A stretch of 64,000 bases of DNA from Rhodosorus marinus CCMP1338 (lineage: Eukaryota; Plantae; Rhodophyta), in the NCBI GenBank assembly GCA_029953675.1, contig JAMWBK010000005.1, forward strand, positions 2,232,001 through 2,296,000, read 5' to 3'. A program made the translations under genes and the position numbers. The notes beneath the pieces are model-generated. The model saw only the letters and a program-made list of their open reading frames with translations, ran no database searches and had not been told where the DNA came from. Positions 10,870 to 23,317 of the stretch are shown here, in pieces (the stretch's first letter is position 1; every line of letters begins with the position of its first letter).

Positions 10870-13463
10870 TTAAATGGAGGCCAGTCCTCCGACCACCTCT
10901 CGATCCTTGAGGGCATCGACTAAGAGAACATTGAGACGCGCGAGCTCTTCCTTGAGGACAGCGTTCTCGTCTGTTAGGTCGAGCATACGAGTGTTCATGT
11001 CTCTTGTTCCATGCAGCGAAACAGGCGTCGCGCTGGGCATTTCCAAAGCCTGCTCCGTTTGTGCTGTTACTCGTCGGAGCTCCCGCTGAACACCTTTCAG
11101 CTTAGCCTAAGCGGAATATTATTGGAAACATACTATCAGCAAATGCAAGCCTTCTCGCCGATGGGTTTCAATTCGACTGGAAGTGCTGATGTTGGCTCCG
11201 TCTACCTCGAGTTTTGAATTCTCGCTCTGCAGCTCGAAAACCTGTTCCTCAAGCTCCTTAAGGTGAGCTGTCGCCGTTTCCTTTCCTTTCTCGGAAGCTC
11301 TTGAGTTTCCTCTCTCTAGATCAAGAAGTTGTTCCAGTTCTGCTGCTGCGTTCTTGGTTTCCTCCGCTTCCGATTCATACTTCGCTTTCACAGTACCAAG
11401 TTGTTTTTCAAGGTCCTCGCACCTGCTCAGAAATCCAGCTACGGAGCTTTCCAGCTCTCGGATCCTCGCTGTCAGTACCCCGTTCTCGGCCTCCAGTTCC
11501 CGTACGCGGCTCGATGCTGACTCCATTTCTTGCTTGGCCGTCTCGCTCGTTTCAAGTTCCGATTTGGCGCCCGCGAGCTCAGCTTTGAGCTGGTTCACCT
11601 TTTTTCATGTACCGGCAGAGGTAGACACGCTTGAGTTTGTGCGGGTCATGGGGGAACACTAGACACACCCCGAAGTTCGTGTTCACTCGTACCTCGCGTC
11701 TAGCTCGCTTCAACTGTGCACTAAGCTCGCTGAGCTCGGCTTCCGCCGCCGCTCTCTCCGCACGGCGCTGCTCCTCAACCTCCAGGAACCGCGACTTTGT
11801 GTCCATGCCTCGATTCCTTTCCGCGTTCAACGCTTCCTCCATTGTCTTCATTGTGAAGACAGATGACGCTAGCTTCTCCTTCTCGGATGCCAGTTCCTCG
11901 TAGGCCTTATGACAACAGCAATCCGGTGGATAGCATTAGTCATAGGCTATTCCTGGAAACTCGATTGAGCAATTCCTAAACTCCAGTCCTAAAGCATTGA
12001 CGGCGACGACTGTGAGATCCCCTACCGTGGCGACTTTTGCCTCGCTCGCTAGATAGGCGTCGTTGCTCGACTCCAACTCGGCGGACAGTGTAGCTATTCG
12101 TGTTTTCAGATCCTTCTCCATATACGCAGCAGCTGAGCCAGCTTTGATATCGTCTTCTTCATGCTCTCTTGATTGAATCCGGATCTGCTTCTGCGAGCTT
12201 GTGAGCTCGGCCTGCAGTTTTGCACATTCCGCCTTCTGATCTCGAAGCTTCCTTGTCGCGTCCTCAAGAGCCTCCTTGAGGGTAGTAACCTGAGGAACGA
12301 ATTAGGCAGTATATGAGTAAATGACTCTGACTTTCAAAATGCCCTGATAAGGAGAAGTCACTATCAATTATCACCTCCTCAAGCATTGGCGACTCAATTT
12401 GTGCGTCTTCCTCATGAGTTCCTTGCATCTTCGGACCCGTGACGTTGACCTTGGCGATCCCGTTTTCCGGGGAGTAATCGATGAGCTGCTTTTCATATTT
12501 CAGATAGAACCGTCCTAGTGAGAGGCTGGTTTGCATTCCTGGTTGTATGCAGCAGGTGCAGTACCTTGGATCCATCGGGTTGTAATCTTTCGTCTTCCTT
12601 CTCGATCTGGAGCTCGCTCAGACTCTCCTGAAGGGAAGAAGTAGTTGCCTCTATTTGCTTCCGGCGAAGCTCCAGCAGCTCCGAGTCTCTCCTTTCAATC
12701 GTAGTTTCCAACTGCGATATATGACCCTGCAGACTTGTAGCCCGGTTCTCAAGGCCTTCCTTCTCAGCAACCAAGCGCTCCACTACCTCCACAGCTTCTA
12801 CGTCCTTTTGCGCGATTTGGTCCTTGTATGCAGAGACTTCATTCCTCAGCTAGGACGCCGGAATGCACGGTTAGGTATAGGACGAGGTCAGTCATACTAA
12901 AGCTTGCGGGAGCTGGTCTTTCCCTCTAGCGAAATGCTCACCGAGACAATGGTTGACCTTGCGGATTTTCTTAAGGCCTTTTCTCGTCTTTCGTATTCTA
13001 TTTGTTTTGTTGACAGGTAGGCATGGAGTCAGTCAGAATAGAAACAGTCATTACAGCTCTTGGGAAAGATGAGAGTGTCCTTGAAAAGGACGTACCTCTC
13101 TTGACCGTCAAAATCTCGGCGTCCATCCGCCCTACGTTGGAGAGGAACGCGTTGATTTTGTCCGCATCTCCAGCTGCTTCAGTACACTACATTAGTAAGT
13201 ATGCAAATGATATCAGAAAGAAACTAGCGGTAAGCCATATCAAATCGGCTAGAAGCACCGCGCTGAAATAGGCTTACTTCTCTCATCCCCGCCTCTAGAA
13301 ACTCAATCCGTCTACGCAGCTCTTTAACATCCTGAACCTCAACAGCATCAAAAGCCTTCCCAGCCAAATCCACCTGCTTCTTTGCAGCATCTGTGAGACG
13401 ATTCCACTGCCCAGCTAGGTCCCATCCACCACCACTACCACCAGGTCCTCCGTCTTCTTCCAT
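10870..13463 (-). CDS. Multi-exon long coiled-coil (golgin-like) protein, paralogue A
   Basis: Starts MEEDGGPGGSGGGWDLAGQW. E/K/L-rich heptad exons (e.g. 11119-11598, 11579-11851, 12493-12792 ORF pieces); last exon AKLKGVQRELRR...GGLASI*. Internal exon boundaries only partly traced. Confidence 0.75.
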
Positions 13464-14911
13464 TTCACGGGCCTATCCTCTCTTTCTTACGCCAAAAAGC
13501 GACGAGAAACCTAAAACCTGTCACGTCGCTTCCCATCTATACCAGAACCGCTTCCGCAAAACCAGAGCTCAGGACTATGGCCTGGCGATAATTGCATCTC
13601 TCTGTTGTTGCTCGCCTCATGTCGCACCTCAAATCAACTGCCAACAGGTTGTCAAAAATCGTCTGGTCTAACAAGATAAGAAATAGGCGCGGAGTTCCAG
13701 CCTTTTTATGGGTCTGCTCCTCTTGCTTCGCCTGCCTAGGCCGTGCTGAACTCGCACCCTCCTCCAAGTCATCAACTCCCAAGCAGAGCGTTCTCAACGT
13801 TGTTCTTCTGTTTGAACCTGTTTCGCCCCACCTTGAACCTTCTTCAAGATTCCTAGCTTGAGGGTGACCTCTCTTTGCTTCGACCGCCTGCCCATCGATT
13901 GCGAAGCGATGCTCTCTCCGGTTTCAATTTGTTCCCACCGGGCCCAGATATCCTCCTCACGTGTCCGGACATTCTGGGACAACGTGGCATGGGACATCTG
14001 TGGGAGATGAGATTCGTGAAAGAATGCTCAGGAGGCACGGATACCTTAGTCTCTATACCAGTGTACTTATTTGCCTGGTTTCTTACTCAGTGCTAGATCT
14101 CTACCATCCATAAACCCCGAATCCGACCTGGACGGTGGTGGTTCTAATCCTCTCTGTGGGACTTAAAAGGAGACTCGGGACATCCAGGGTGTTGTAAATC
14201 TACACAACGTAGACGTCGTTAACACAGCTGTATTCAAAACGATTGATTGATGTGCCGGTGTCCTCATGGCTGAATGATGAACTCGCTCACCACCGACAAT
14301 CGCGAAAAAACACCTTCCTGGCTTGGTCCGATATTTAGCATAGCTCTCGAATGTCAATGCCTGGAAAGGATTGTCTGTGGTTCTTGTAAGAAGTACCACG
14401 GAGTTTCCAACTGCTGTTGAGTAATTGACATCTTCCAGCGCCCAGGAACACTATGTGGCCATCTTTCTATTGAACCTCCAAGTGGTCCACTGTTTCACTT
14501 GCTACTTTGACAACGTTTGCGTTCAACACGTGTTTAAGGTCCCTTCTAACTTCGCCTGTGCTCTTGGGCTTGAACGAACAGAAAATTGTTCGGAGGTGAG
14601 AGAAGAGAACAACGTCCACAACCATGCCCATTGTCTCTGCCGGGACAGTATGATAGGGGTAGATGCTTACCCATCCCTAAAACTTGGATTCTGAATACAA
14701 ATCTCTGATTTTAGTACTGGAAATAGCTATTTTTGTCCCTCCCTGTGGGCGATGCAGTTTCTGGTTTTCAGGAAAGGACGGGGATGAGTCTTACTGATTT
14801 TCTTCTTTAGAGCACACTTTGCTTTTCCTTTACCTTTTTTTGTTGTGGAAGGTGAAGAGAGAGAGGGAGAGTTTATTTTTGTTTGATAGTGTGTTCTGAA
14901 GAAGGAGAAGA

Positions 14912-17900
14912 ATGAATCCAAGCGGATCGAGTTCTGAATCTGGCTCGAATTCGAACTCTCTGCTTGGAGGATGGGGAGGGGATTGGGGGAAGAAGCTGAC
15001 TGACGGTGTCGCGGAAGTGAGAAAGCAGGTAACTGAAGCGAATTTGACACCGCCTAAACAGCCGCAGAGTTCTTCAAGTGCTGCAAGTGACGTAGAGGCG
15101 TTGAAGAAGCGGGTTGGGTTACTTGAGGGTGTTATCAAGAAGGTGAGCTCAGTCAGAGGAAGCGCCCGGCACCTCGGAAGGAGAGAACAGCTCGACACAG
15201 CAGGGAACTGACGAAGGGAGAAACGGGAAACCCGTGCTTTTGTTTTCATATTAATTTCTCCTTAGTTGATTCCCGTGAAAGGGGACCCCTCAAAACTTGC
15301 TGAATTGTGGGAGAAAGGAGTTAACGATGGCAAGCAAATTGAGATCCTACGGGAAGGTAAGGACGTCGTGATCATCGGGACAACTGCTTCTTCAGAGATG
15401 CACAGGTATATTCAGCGGCTAAAGACCATCGTCTACTGAATCCTCTTTTGCTGTTAGAGAATGACCGTCATGATAAGATTCTACAACAGTATGAGGCTCG
15501 ACTCGAAACAGTAAGCTCTGCGCAAGCCGGATCCGTCAATCTAAATTTGGTTCTATACTTGGGGGAGAGAGGCTTACTTATCCTCTGTTGCTCCGCAGAT
15601 CACGATTGAACTATCGGCAAAGGAAGCAGAGCTTCAGAAAGCCAAGGACAGTGTCACAAGTGCTGAGGTCACTGTCGCGGCTGAAAGTTCACCCGCGGAG
15701 GAAAAGTTGATAGATTTCGGTGACCCGTCCGACTTGGAGATGCGCACGCTCAAAGAACGTATTTCCAGTCTTGAAGACAATGGTAGGATTCAACGGGATG
15801 TGCTTGCCACAGTTGAGCAAGAGCTATCCGAGAAGAACGCCAAGATTGCAGATCTTCAAAGGGAAATAGAGAAAGCCGTCAATTCCGCCGAACAGGACAA
15901 GCTCGTTTCACTCGAGCAAGAGGTGTCCGAAAAGAATACGAGAATTGAGTCGCTGCAGATGGAGCTAGAAAACGCCAATGCGACTGCCCCGGGAGACAAA
16001 CTCGAGGCGCTTGAAGAAGAGCTCTCCGAGAAGAACGCAAAGATTGCATCCCTTCAAACGGAAATTGAGACAGTCGATGAAGAAGCCGGGCGAGACAAGC
16101 TCAGCGTGCTTGAGCAAGAGATTAGCGAGAAGAACGCCAGAATCGCTTCGCTCGAGGCGGAAGTCGAAAGTTACATTAGCAGTTCGAAGAAACCCCAGCA
16201 TCCTGAACAAGAAATCTTGGAGAAAGATAGGAGAATAGCATCGCTGGAGTCAGAGCTCGAAAAGGCAAATGCAAGCCCTCAAAATGAGAGTCTCGAAGCC
16301 CTTGAACAGGAGCTTTCCGAGAAGAAGGCCAAAATTGAATGCCTTGAGATGGAGATTGGGACAGTCGATGATAGTGCCCAACGAGACAAGCTCACCACAT
16401 TTGAGCATGAGATGTCCGAGAAGAACGCCACAATCGCATCCCTTCAGACGGAAATTGAAGACGTAAGTCCAGCCCTAGCCCAGAATCGACGATCATCCAA
16501 GCGCAGACTCTGCCATTGTGCCAAGACAAGCAATGGCATTTTTCGCACGCTCACGGGGACATCATCAGAGCACACATTCTCTTGGGCGGTGCAGGAGTCT
16601 GATGCAGAGTGCCCTATGAACTCATTGTTGCTAACTTGTTTTACTGTCATCGACTAACACCTGACTGGTCTTGGCGCAGATGCGTGAACGTGAGCAGGTC
16701 GAGAAGCGGTCTGTGGGGACTAACGTCGAGTCTAATGTTTCTGAAGTGGTTGAAAATGCGACTGGGATTGTGGTCACGTCCAAAACCCTCGAGAGCGAGG
16801 CGTGTAAGTTTGATAATCTACCTCCATGCGGCAACCAACGAACGAAGCGTTTTGCGTGGTTGATAACGGTAGAAATTTGCTGCTTCCTGTGCTTAGTGAG
16901 GGAAAGCTTGGAGGAAGAGAAGCAGAGATCTCTGTCAGGGGAACGGAAAGTTGAGGAACTCAACACGTATATAGCAAACTTAGAACAGAGGTTCTTGGAG
17001 GCGCAGGAAACCCTTCGAAGGGAACTGGAAGAGACGCCAGATACGAAAAAGTTGCGCGACCAAACACTTGAGCTACAGAACAGGTTAGAAGAAACAGAAA
17101 AGAAAGCAGCTGCCGAGTTCAACTCCGTTACCGACAAACTCAAGGCGAGCTACGAGAAGGTCAACGCGGCCGAGCTCGCGCTGAGGAACGCACAGGACAA
17201 CGCGAGCATGGCGGTTGCTTCTGTAAGCCCAGATGGAACAAGCAGAGCGAAAAAGGTCTTGTAGGTTGTTCGGATCGCTTACGTATCTCTGCTCGTTTTC
17301 CCGGCCCTTGTGTCTCTTTCCGAGCAATTGCGATTCTCTTGCAGGAGCTGAACATGAACAACAAACTGGAAGAACTTCAGGCGAAGAACGTCACTATCGA
17401 AAAACAGCTGAGAAACGTCACACAGTCTCTGAACGATAGGGAGAAGCAGGTTAGCGTATTTCACGATAAGACGGAAGAGATGATCAACGAGAGGGAACGG
17501 CAAATCAAAGAGTCCAAGATTGCAGCCGACAAGAAAGTGAAGGAGCTGAAGAGATCTTTGGATGCCGCTGAGAAAAGGATTAAAGCCATAGGTGCGGACG
17601 AAGAGTCTGCTAGGGACGCGCATTTGGCAGCTGAAGCTCGATGCACCTCGGTAAGTGTTCATATGAACCTGTCGGATTTTTTTATCCGCAGGAAGGGTTT
17701 CAACCCCGCTCTTGAAGCTGAGCAACTGGTCAAGTGAATCAACACAGTTCTCCCAGCTCCCGGCGCGTTCCGAGAAGCGCACAGGCCGGGAGCTGGGAGC
17801 TGATCTGAGGTGATGGGAGTGCGGTGACTGGGGTTACGGACCCCGCATTTCGCTAAACTGTGGGTCTTTCTCTTGCAATATTGCTTTGAAGGCGCTGGAA

Positions 17901-19037
17901 GAGCTGGAGAGCTTGCAGAAGACGATTGCGGAGAAGACGAGGCGAGTGGAAGACTTGGAATCAGAGCTTTCAACAGAGAGGCTGCGGATTGGAGATATAC
18001 AGAATGAACTTGCCCAGAAGGAACGAGAGTTTACAAAGTTCAAGGACAAGGCGAAGTTGGCTGTGGGTCAGCGCGATACTGCAATCGCGGACCTGAGGTC
18101 GGAGGTGCGTAAACAAGGCGTGAATGGGGTGCTGCCGCCCAAGCGTGTGATGCGCTTTGCTTGACCCGGTGAGCGGGTTGCTTTGGCTTTGCCAGCATTG
18201 CTTGGCTAAAAACACGAGTGGTTCGTTGTGGAGTCCGCGCAGGTGTCCTCGGCGCGTGATAGGGAGGCCAAACTATCTGAGAGCAACGCTGAGCGCGAGG
18301 AGTCACTAGAAGTGTTAGGAAAGTTGGAGGAGCAGCTCAAGGAGAGCACGGCCGAGTTAGATGGGATGCAATCAAAAGCTGGAGAGCTTGACCGGGCTTT
18401 GACCGAGTCCGAGGAGAGGGCAAACACCCTCTCCCGCAAGCTTGAGGTTGAACTGGAGAAATCGGCGGAGCTGGAGAAGGCCATTGTCGAGGAGAAGGCC
18501 GCGCGGGGAGTAGCCGCGACAGAGGCCAGGTTGCTGGGCGAGCGGGAGACTGAAAAGCGAAACGCGGAGGAGATTGCTGCCCTCAACGTGGAGAGAGGAA
18601 AGCTTATGGTAAGTTTTTCAAGCCAAGCGCAAGGGACCTGAGTTTCTTTTTTGCGCTGAAATCGGTTGCACGTTTGGGAACTCCAGGCCAAACTGAAAGG
18701 TGTGCAAAACGAGCTTCGAAGGCTGCAGGCCAACAGGCAGCAGGAGACCTCCTTGGCACCAAGCGGCACTCCTGACCCGACACTTGCTGCCGCCGCGCCG
18801 GCTCCATCCTCAAATGCGGAGCCCGGATCCGTTCCGAAGAGCCCGCGGCGTGCTCGGGAACCACCCCCGGAGATAGAGATAGTACCCGCCAAGAAGGACT
18901 GGGAGAAGGAAGCTCGAGACCTCCAAACAATCTTGGAGCGAGTCACTATTGAGAACATCCAGCTGAAGCAAAATCTTTCAAAGGCGACTACGCGGGCTAG
19001 AACTTCAGAAGGACTTGGAGACTTCCTCGCCATTTAA
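14912..19037 (+). CDS. Multi-exon long coiled-coil (golgin-like) protein, paralogue B, with 33-aa internal repeats
   Basis: Starts MNPSGSSSESG...WGGDWGKKLTDGV. Heptad-rich exons (15707-16462, 17339-, 17886-, 18228- pieces); last exon AKLKGVQNELRR...GDFLAI*. Confidence 0.78.
15821..16462 (+). repeat. Coding tandem repeat, about 7 units with a 99-bp (33-aa) period
   Basis: E(L/V/I/M)SEKN..I..L units start at 15821, 15920, 16019, 16118, 16211, 16310 and 16409 (one 93-bp unit). Confidence 0.9.
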
Positions 19038-19912
19038 GACCGCGACGCTCCTGGAAGCGTACCGGAAGATGATGCTAACTGGTGTGCAGGATTGTCCAGA
19101 GACCAGAAAGGTCGGAGACTTGCAAAGTTTTTGCGGCAACAGCAACGCCAGCGACGACGATGACGATCAAGGCATCTCAACACCATGTCGTATCTCCGCG
19201 ATTTATTTTCTCGTCAGCCCTGGAGGCCGGATCATCACCTCGAACGACTGCCAAAAGTTGTCTGGCCTCAGGATGGCGGTTGAAGATCACACGCGGGAGC
19301 TCAACTGGCCACTACAAAGCCGAGCTCTCACGGACCACTTTCCCCTGGCCACAGCTCAACTATAGCACTGAAACAAACACTTGAAGACGACTGTAAGCAG
19401 TGCTAATGCCAATCGTCTCAGGACCTGGCGGGCTTTGCATTTTGGGACGGGCGGTAGCACACCAGTGTACATGCGGTGGATACACAATAGAATAGTACGC
19501 CTTTTAATTAAATTCCTCTTTTCGTTCTCATGAAATGTACCAAAACTGAAGACCACATATGCTACGCAATCGGAGCCCCGCTGACGCGTCTCTTCCTCCT
19601 ATGTTCCTTGCTCCATGCCTTTCTTCAGCAGTTTTGAGTCGGTGCTTTATTGTATACGATGTGCCGTTTTGAAAGGATCCACCGTGAAGCCCTGCGTGGC
19701 GATCCTGCCGGTGCGTCTTGCTTTAGCCTGGTCCCTGTCTTGTTCCAATCCGATTTTATTGAGGGAGATATTTGGCCCGTGGGTGGAAGAGGAGGAAAGC
19801 AATGGTCAGCGAGTCCATCGAGGGGCAACTTCTTCGATTCCGGAAGTGCAGGTATGGTTTGGGAAGCCTTGCTTGGAATCTACAAGGAAACGTGGTTCTG
19901 TGGTATTGAAAC

Positions 19913-20323
19913 TTACAGTTTTTGGTATGCCAGTTTGATTTGCTCCTCAAGTCGTTGGTTAGCTTCGTCGAGCAATCTTGATTCCTCCTTCAAAGAGCGA
20001 TTGGCTTCCTGTATCTCCTCAATTCGCTTCTGCTCAAGCACAGCAAGAAAGCGCGGGGGTTAGCACAGCGCCCATGCATGCACTCCGAGAACATAAGATG
20101 TTTGAGCCATGACCTGTACCTTCTTCCTGGCGTTGGATATGTTCGCCAGCTGTCTATTCTTCAAAATACGCTCATGATCCCGTCTCTTCCGGTCCGCTTC
20201 AGATTTGGGACGGTAGTATTTCCTCATGGATATCTGCGAATCCACTCCACCCGCCCGTACACCCTCAGTCTCCGACCGCGTCCTCATTTTCATCCCGCCC
20301 TCCGCATATCCACCTTCCATCAT
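19913..20323 (-). CDS. Short bZIP transcription factor, one intron after the basic region
   Basis: Basic region RKRRDHERILKNRQLANISNARKK spliced to zipper (Q)KRIEEIQEANRSLKEESRLLDEANQRLEEQIKLAYQKL*. N- and C-termini uncertain. Confidence 0.7.
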
Positions 20324-23317
20324 CTCAAGCCACCCACACCCCCTCCAAAAACTACAGGTCGAACGCAAACTTATTCCTAGCCAAGACACCAAATCTCGCA
20401 AAGCCGGGCGCACGCAAACCCACTTTCCCGGTCAAACTGCACCAGCCAACTCACACAAGACGAACCAGACGATCAACAACTCCAAGCAACCCACACAGCG
20501 CAAGTCCAAACTCGCCAGGAACCCAAACTTGGTCCTCCAACGCTCACCAAAACCCTCCAGCTCCTCAACCCACACCTGTCCCACAAACACAAAAACACCA
20601 CTACTGAAGACAAACCCCCCAAATCCAACTCGACTCCTCCAAACCCCACCCCCCAACCAAAAAAGTTCCTGTCCTTCAAACAAAATTTACTAATCCCATT
20701 CCTACTTATTATCAAACTACAGTAACCATCATCCAACTCATCCACTCAACCAACCATTCACCACGCACCCGCCTCGCCCACCACCGTGTTCGTCATCCAC
20801 AGTATCCTTATGGGTTCTTCCTTTTAACATCCCCATTTCACACACCCACGCAAAACACCACCATATCCCCCATCTCTACACACACACACCACTCCAACTC
20901 CCCCCCTCTTTTCACTTTGCAAAGTTTTCACACAAGACCAAAAATTGAGTTTGCGGGTGCTTTTTTCCATGGCATGCAACCTTAGTCTACATGAATTAAA
21001 ATAATACGACCACCCCCTCGCTAAGGGTCGAACTCTAGGATTCACTAGCCTTTCAACACGCTATATCTCAACAAGACGTGTCGATAGATCTGAGATTGGA
21101 CCCCCCCTTCGCGAGCGTTTCGTTTTCTGGTATTTCATTTCTAAGGTTAAATAAAACTCAAGTATTTGCACAACATGAGTGGAAAAGGGGGTTTATTTTT
21201 GGGAGAGCTTAAAAGACGCTCGTGTGTGTTGACTTAATGACGGAATTTTTTGTTCGGTTGAGCTAGTGGAACTTTTTTGAGTTTGCCGAAGAGGAAAGCC
21301 GAAAGGGGGAAGGGGGGGGGGGGTTAGCAAAGGGGGTTAGCTTGGGAACTAATTAGATTTAGGTCGATTTTTATGAATGTGTGTGGTTGGTGTGTATGCG
21401 AAGGAGGGAAGAAAAAAAAAAAGAGAGGGGGTGGACGGGGAGTGGCGGTAGATTGATGGAGATTGGTTTAGGGGTGTACGAATATACGAGATGGGCCGTG
21501 GAGTGGCTTTGATTTGGAGGGGGATGGTTGTGTTGTGTATGAGAATGAATACGGGCAGTAGCCTGGGAGAATGTGTTCGGAAAGGGTGTTCTGAACTCCG
21601 CCAGGTATATGGTTGGAGTGGAAGGAGGGTTTTTGGAAGTTTGGGAGTTTTGGTTTTTGGAGGGTGGGTTTAGAGGGGTGAGAATGTGAATCCGTTTTTG
21701 ATATGGAAGATTGGGGTTTTAGTCACAGTTGACTTTGGACAGTGCGCGACGTGCTGAAGGAATGGTGTTGAGAAGGAGATAACAACGAAAGGGTTTCAGA
21801 CTTTTTGGAACGTGGCGAGGGAGGGGGGGGGAAGGGGAATGGAGTGCGGTTGGTCGGAATGGGAATGGAGTTTCAAAGCGCGGGTTTGGGTTATTGGTGA
21901 TGAAGAGGCTCTTTAATTCGGGCTTTGCTTAGCCGGGGTGGTGCGTCCCGAGCGCCACAACTTCAGGATTCAGACCAGCGTGTGGGTGGATGTGTGTTTT
22001 CGGTGTGAAGAGGACTTGGAGAGGTTCGTGTGGGGAATGGCGTTCGGGGGTGGGGATGGTCCTGGATGCGACTTTGGTGTTTACCCTGTGGATAGTAAAA
22101 AGTTGCGACAGTCTGGGAGCCGGTTTTGATCTGTGCTCATGCCGCTGTTTTGCCTTTGGCTGTAAGGCAAGCATGGTGTTTGCTAGCAATGCATCGGGGT
22201 CTACTGGAAGAGTCACGGGCTCTTTAGCCCCAATCACTCCAATAGCTATATGCCAAAGCGCTTTGCAGTCTCTAATCTGTACAGGATGCCTGTCAGTTCC
22301 CTTCGTATTCGGCTTGTCGTCGCCCGGACGCTGCTTGGGTGTCCACAAAAAGTCAGGCGATGTGCAAACCCAGGAACTGCTCGCGGGATCGCTGGAGAAT
22401 CCAGTCAATAGTTCACATAGCTCAGGGCGGATTTCACGCCCACTCGCACATCCCTTCAGCTTGTGCTTGTGCGTCACGCGATACTGAGCAGGATGGGGTT
22501 TCCAGGCTCACTACAGTAGCACTTTGGGGTGCTGTGCTCGGGGAAAGCCTAGCCCAGGGTCAGCTTAGTGTCGGATAGAGGATCAGTGTCTCCATGACAG
22601 CTCCTCCCAGATTCGCCACAGCCTTTCCTAATCTGTGCCTTCGAAATAGTGCGCTGGATTCACCCCAGTACGCTCTAGTCGCTAGCCGGGCCATGAAAGT
22701 CTGCGCTTCCTTCTCACAGGGACGGAGACAGCTTTGACGTTGAAATGCAATGGCCTTCATCCCTCCGTTCCATACAGGAGCTTCAACACTTGCCATCCCT
22801 ACCACCGATATATCAAAAACAACATCTGTGGCAAAGGGTCCTGCCGGATACTGGCTTCAAAGGACGGACACCGCCTCCAAGCAATATGAAAACATCAGAT
22901 CGGCTCTGAGACTCCTACTGATAGACCCGAAAGCCAGCCAGCTAAAGCCCAAAAATTCGCGGCCAAACGTGATTTAGTCAGAATCAACGGCGGGACTGGA
23001 TTTTTCACAAACAAAAACCACCCACCTTTCTCGGTTCCTATATAAAAGCTTTTTCATTTGTCCAAGCTGCCTGTAAAAAGCTTTGGCGCGTAACGCACTC
23101 CTCCCCTCCCGCAATTGCACATCCGTTGAAAAAGGGAGGCAAAGTGCTCGTATCTGACAGAGTTAAGGTTTTTCAGAAGAAATATCGATGTTTGGGCATA
23201 GGAAATGGTGGAGTTTGATGAAGATGTAATGGAAACTTTTGTTTGGAGAAGGTTGGGGACTGAGGGAATGAATTAGATGAGAGATTGGAATAAGTTTGGA
23301 TTCTAAGAAGAGGAAGA

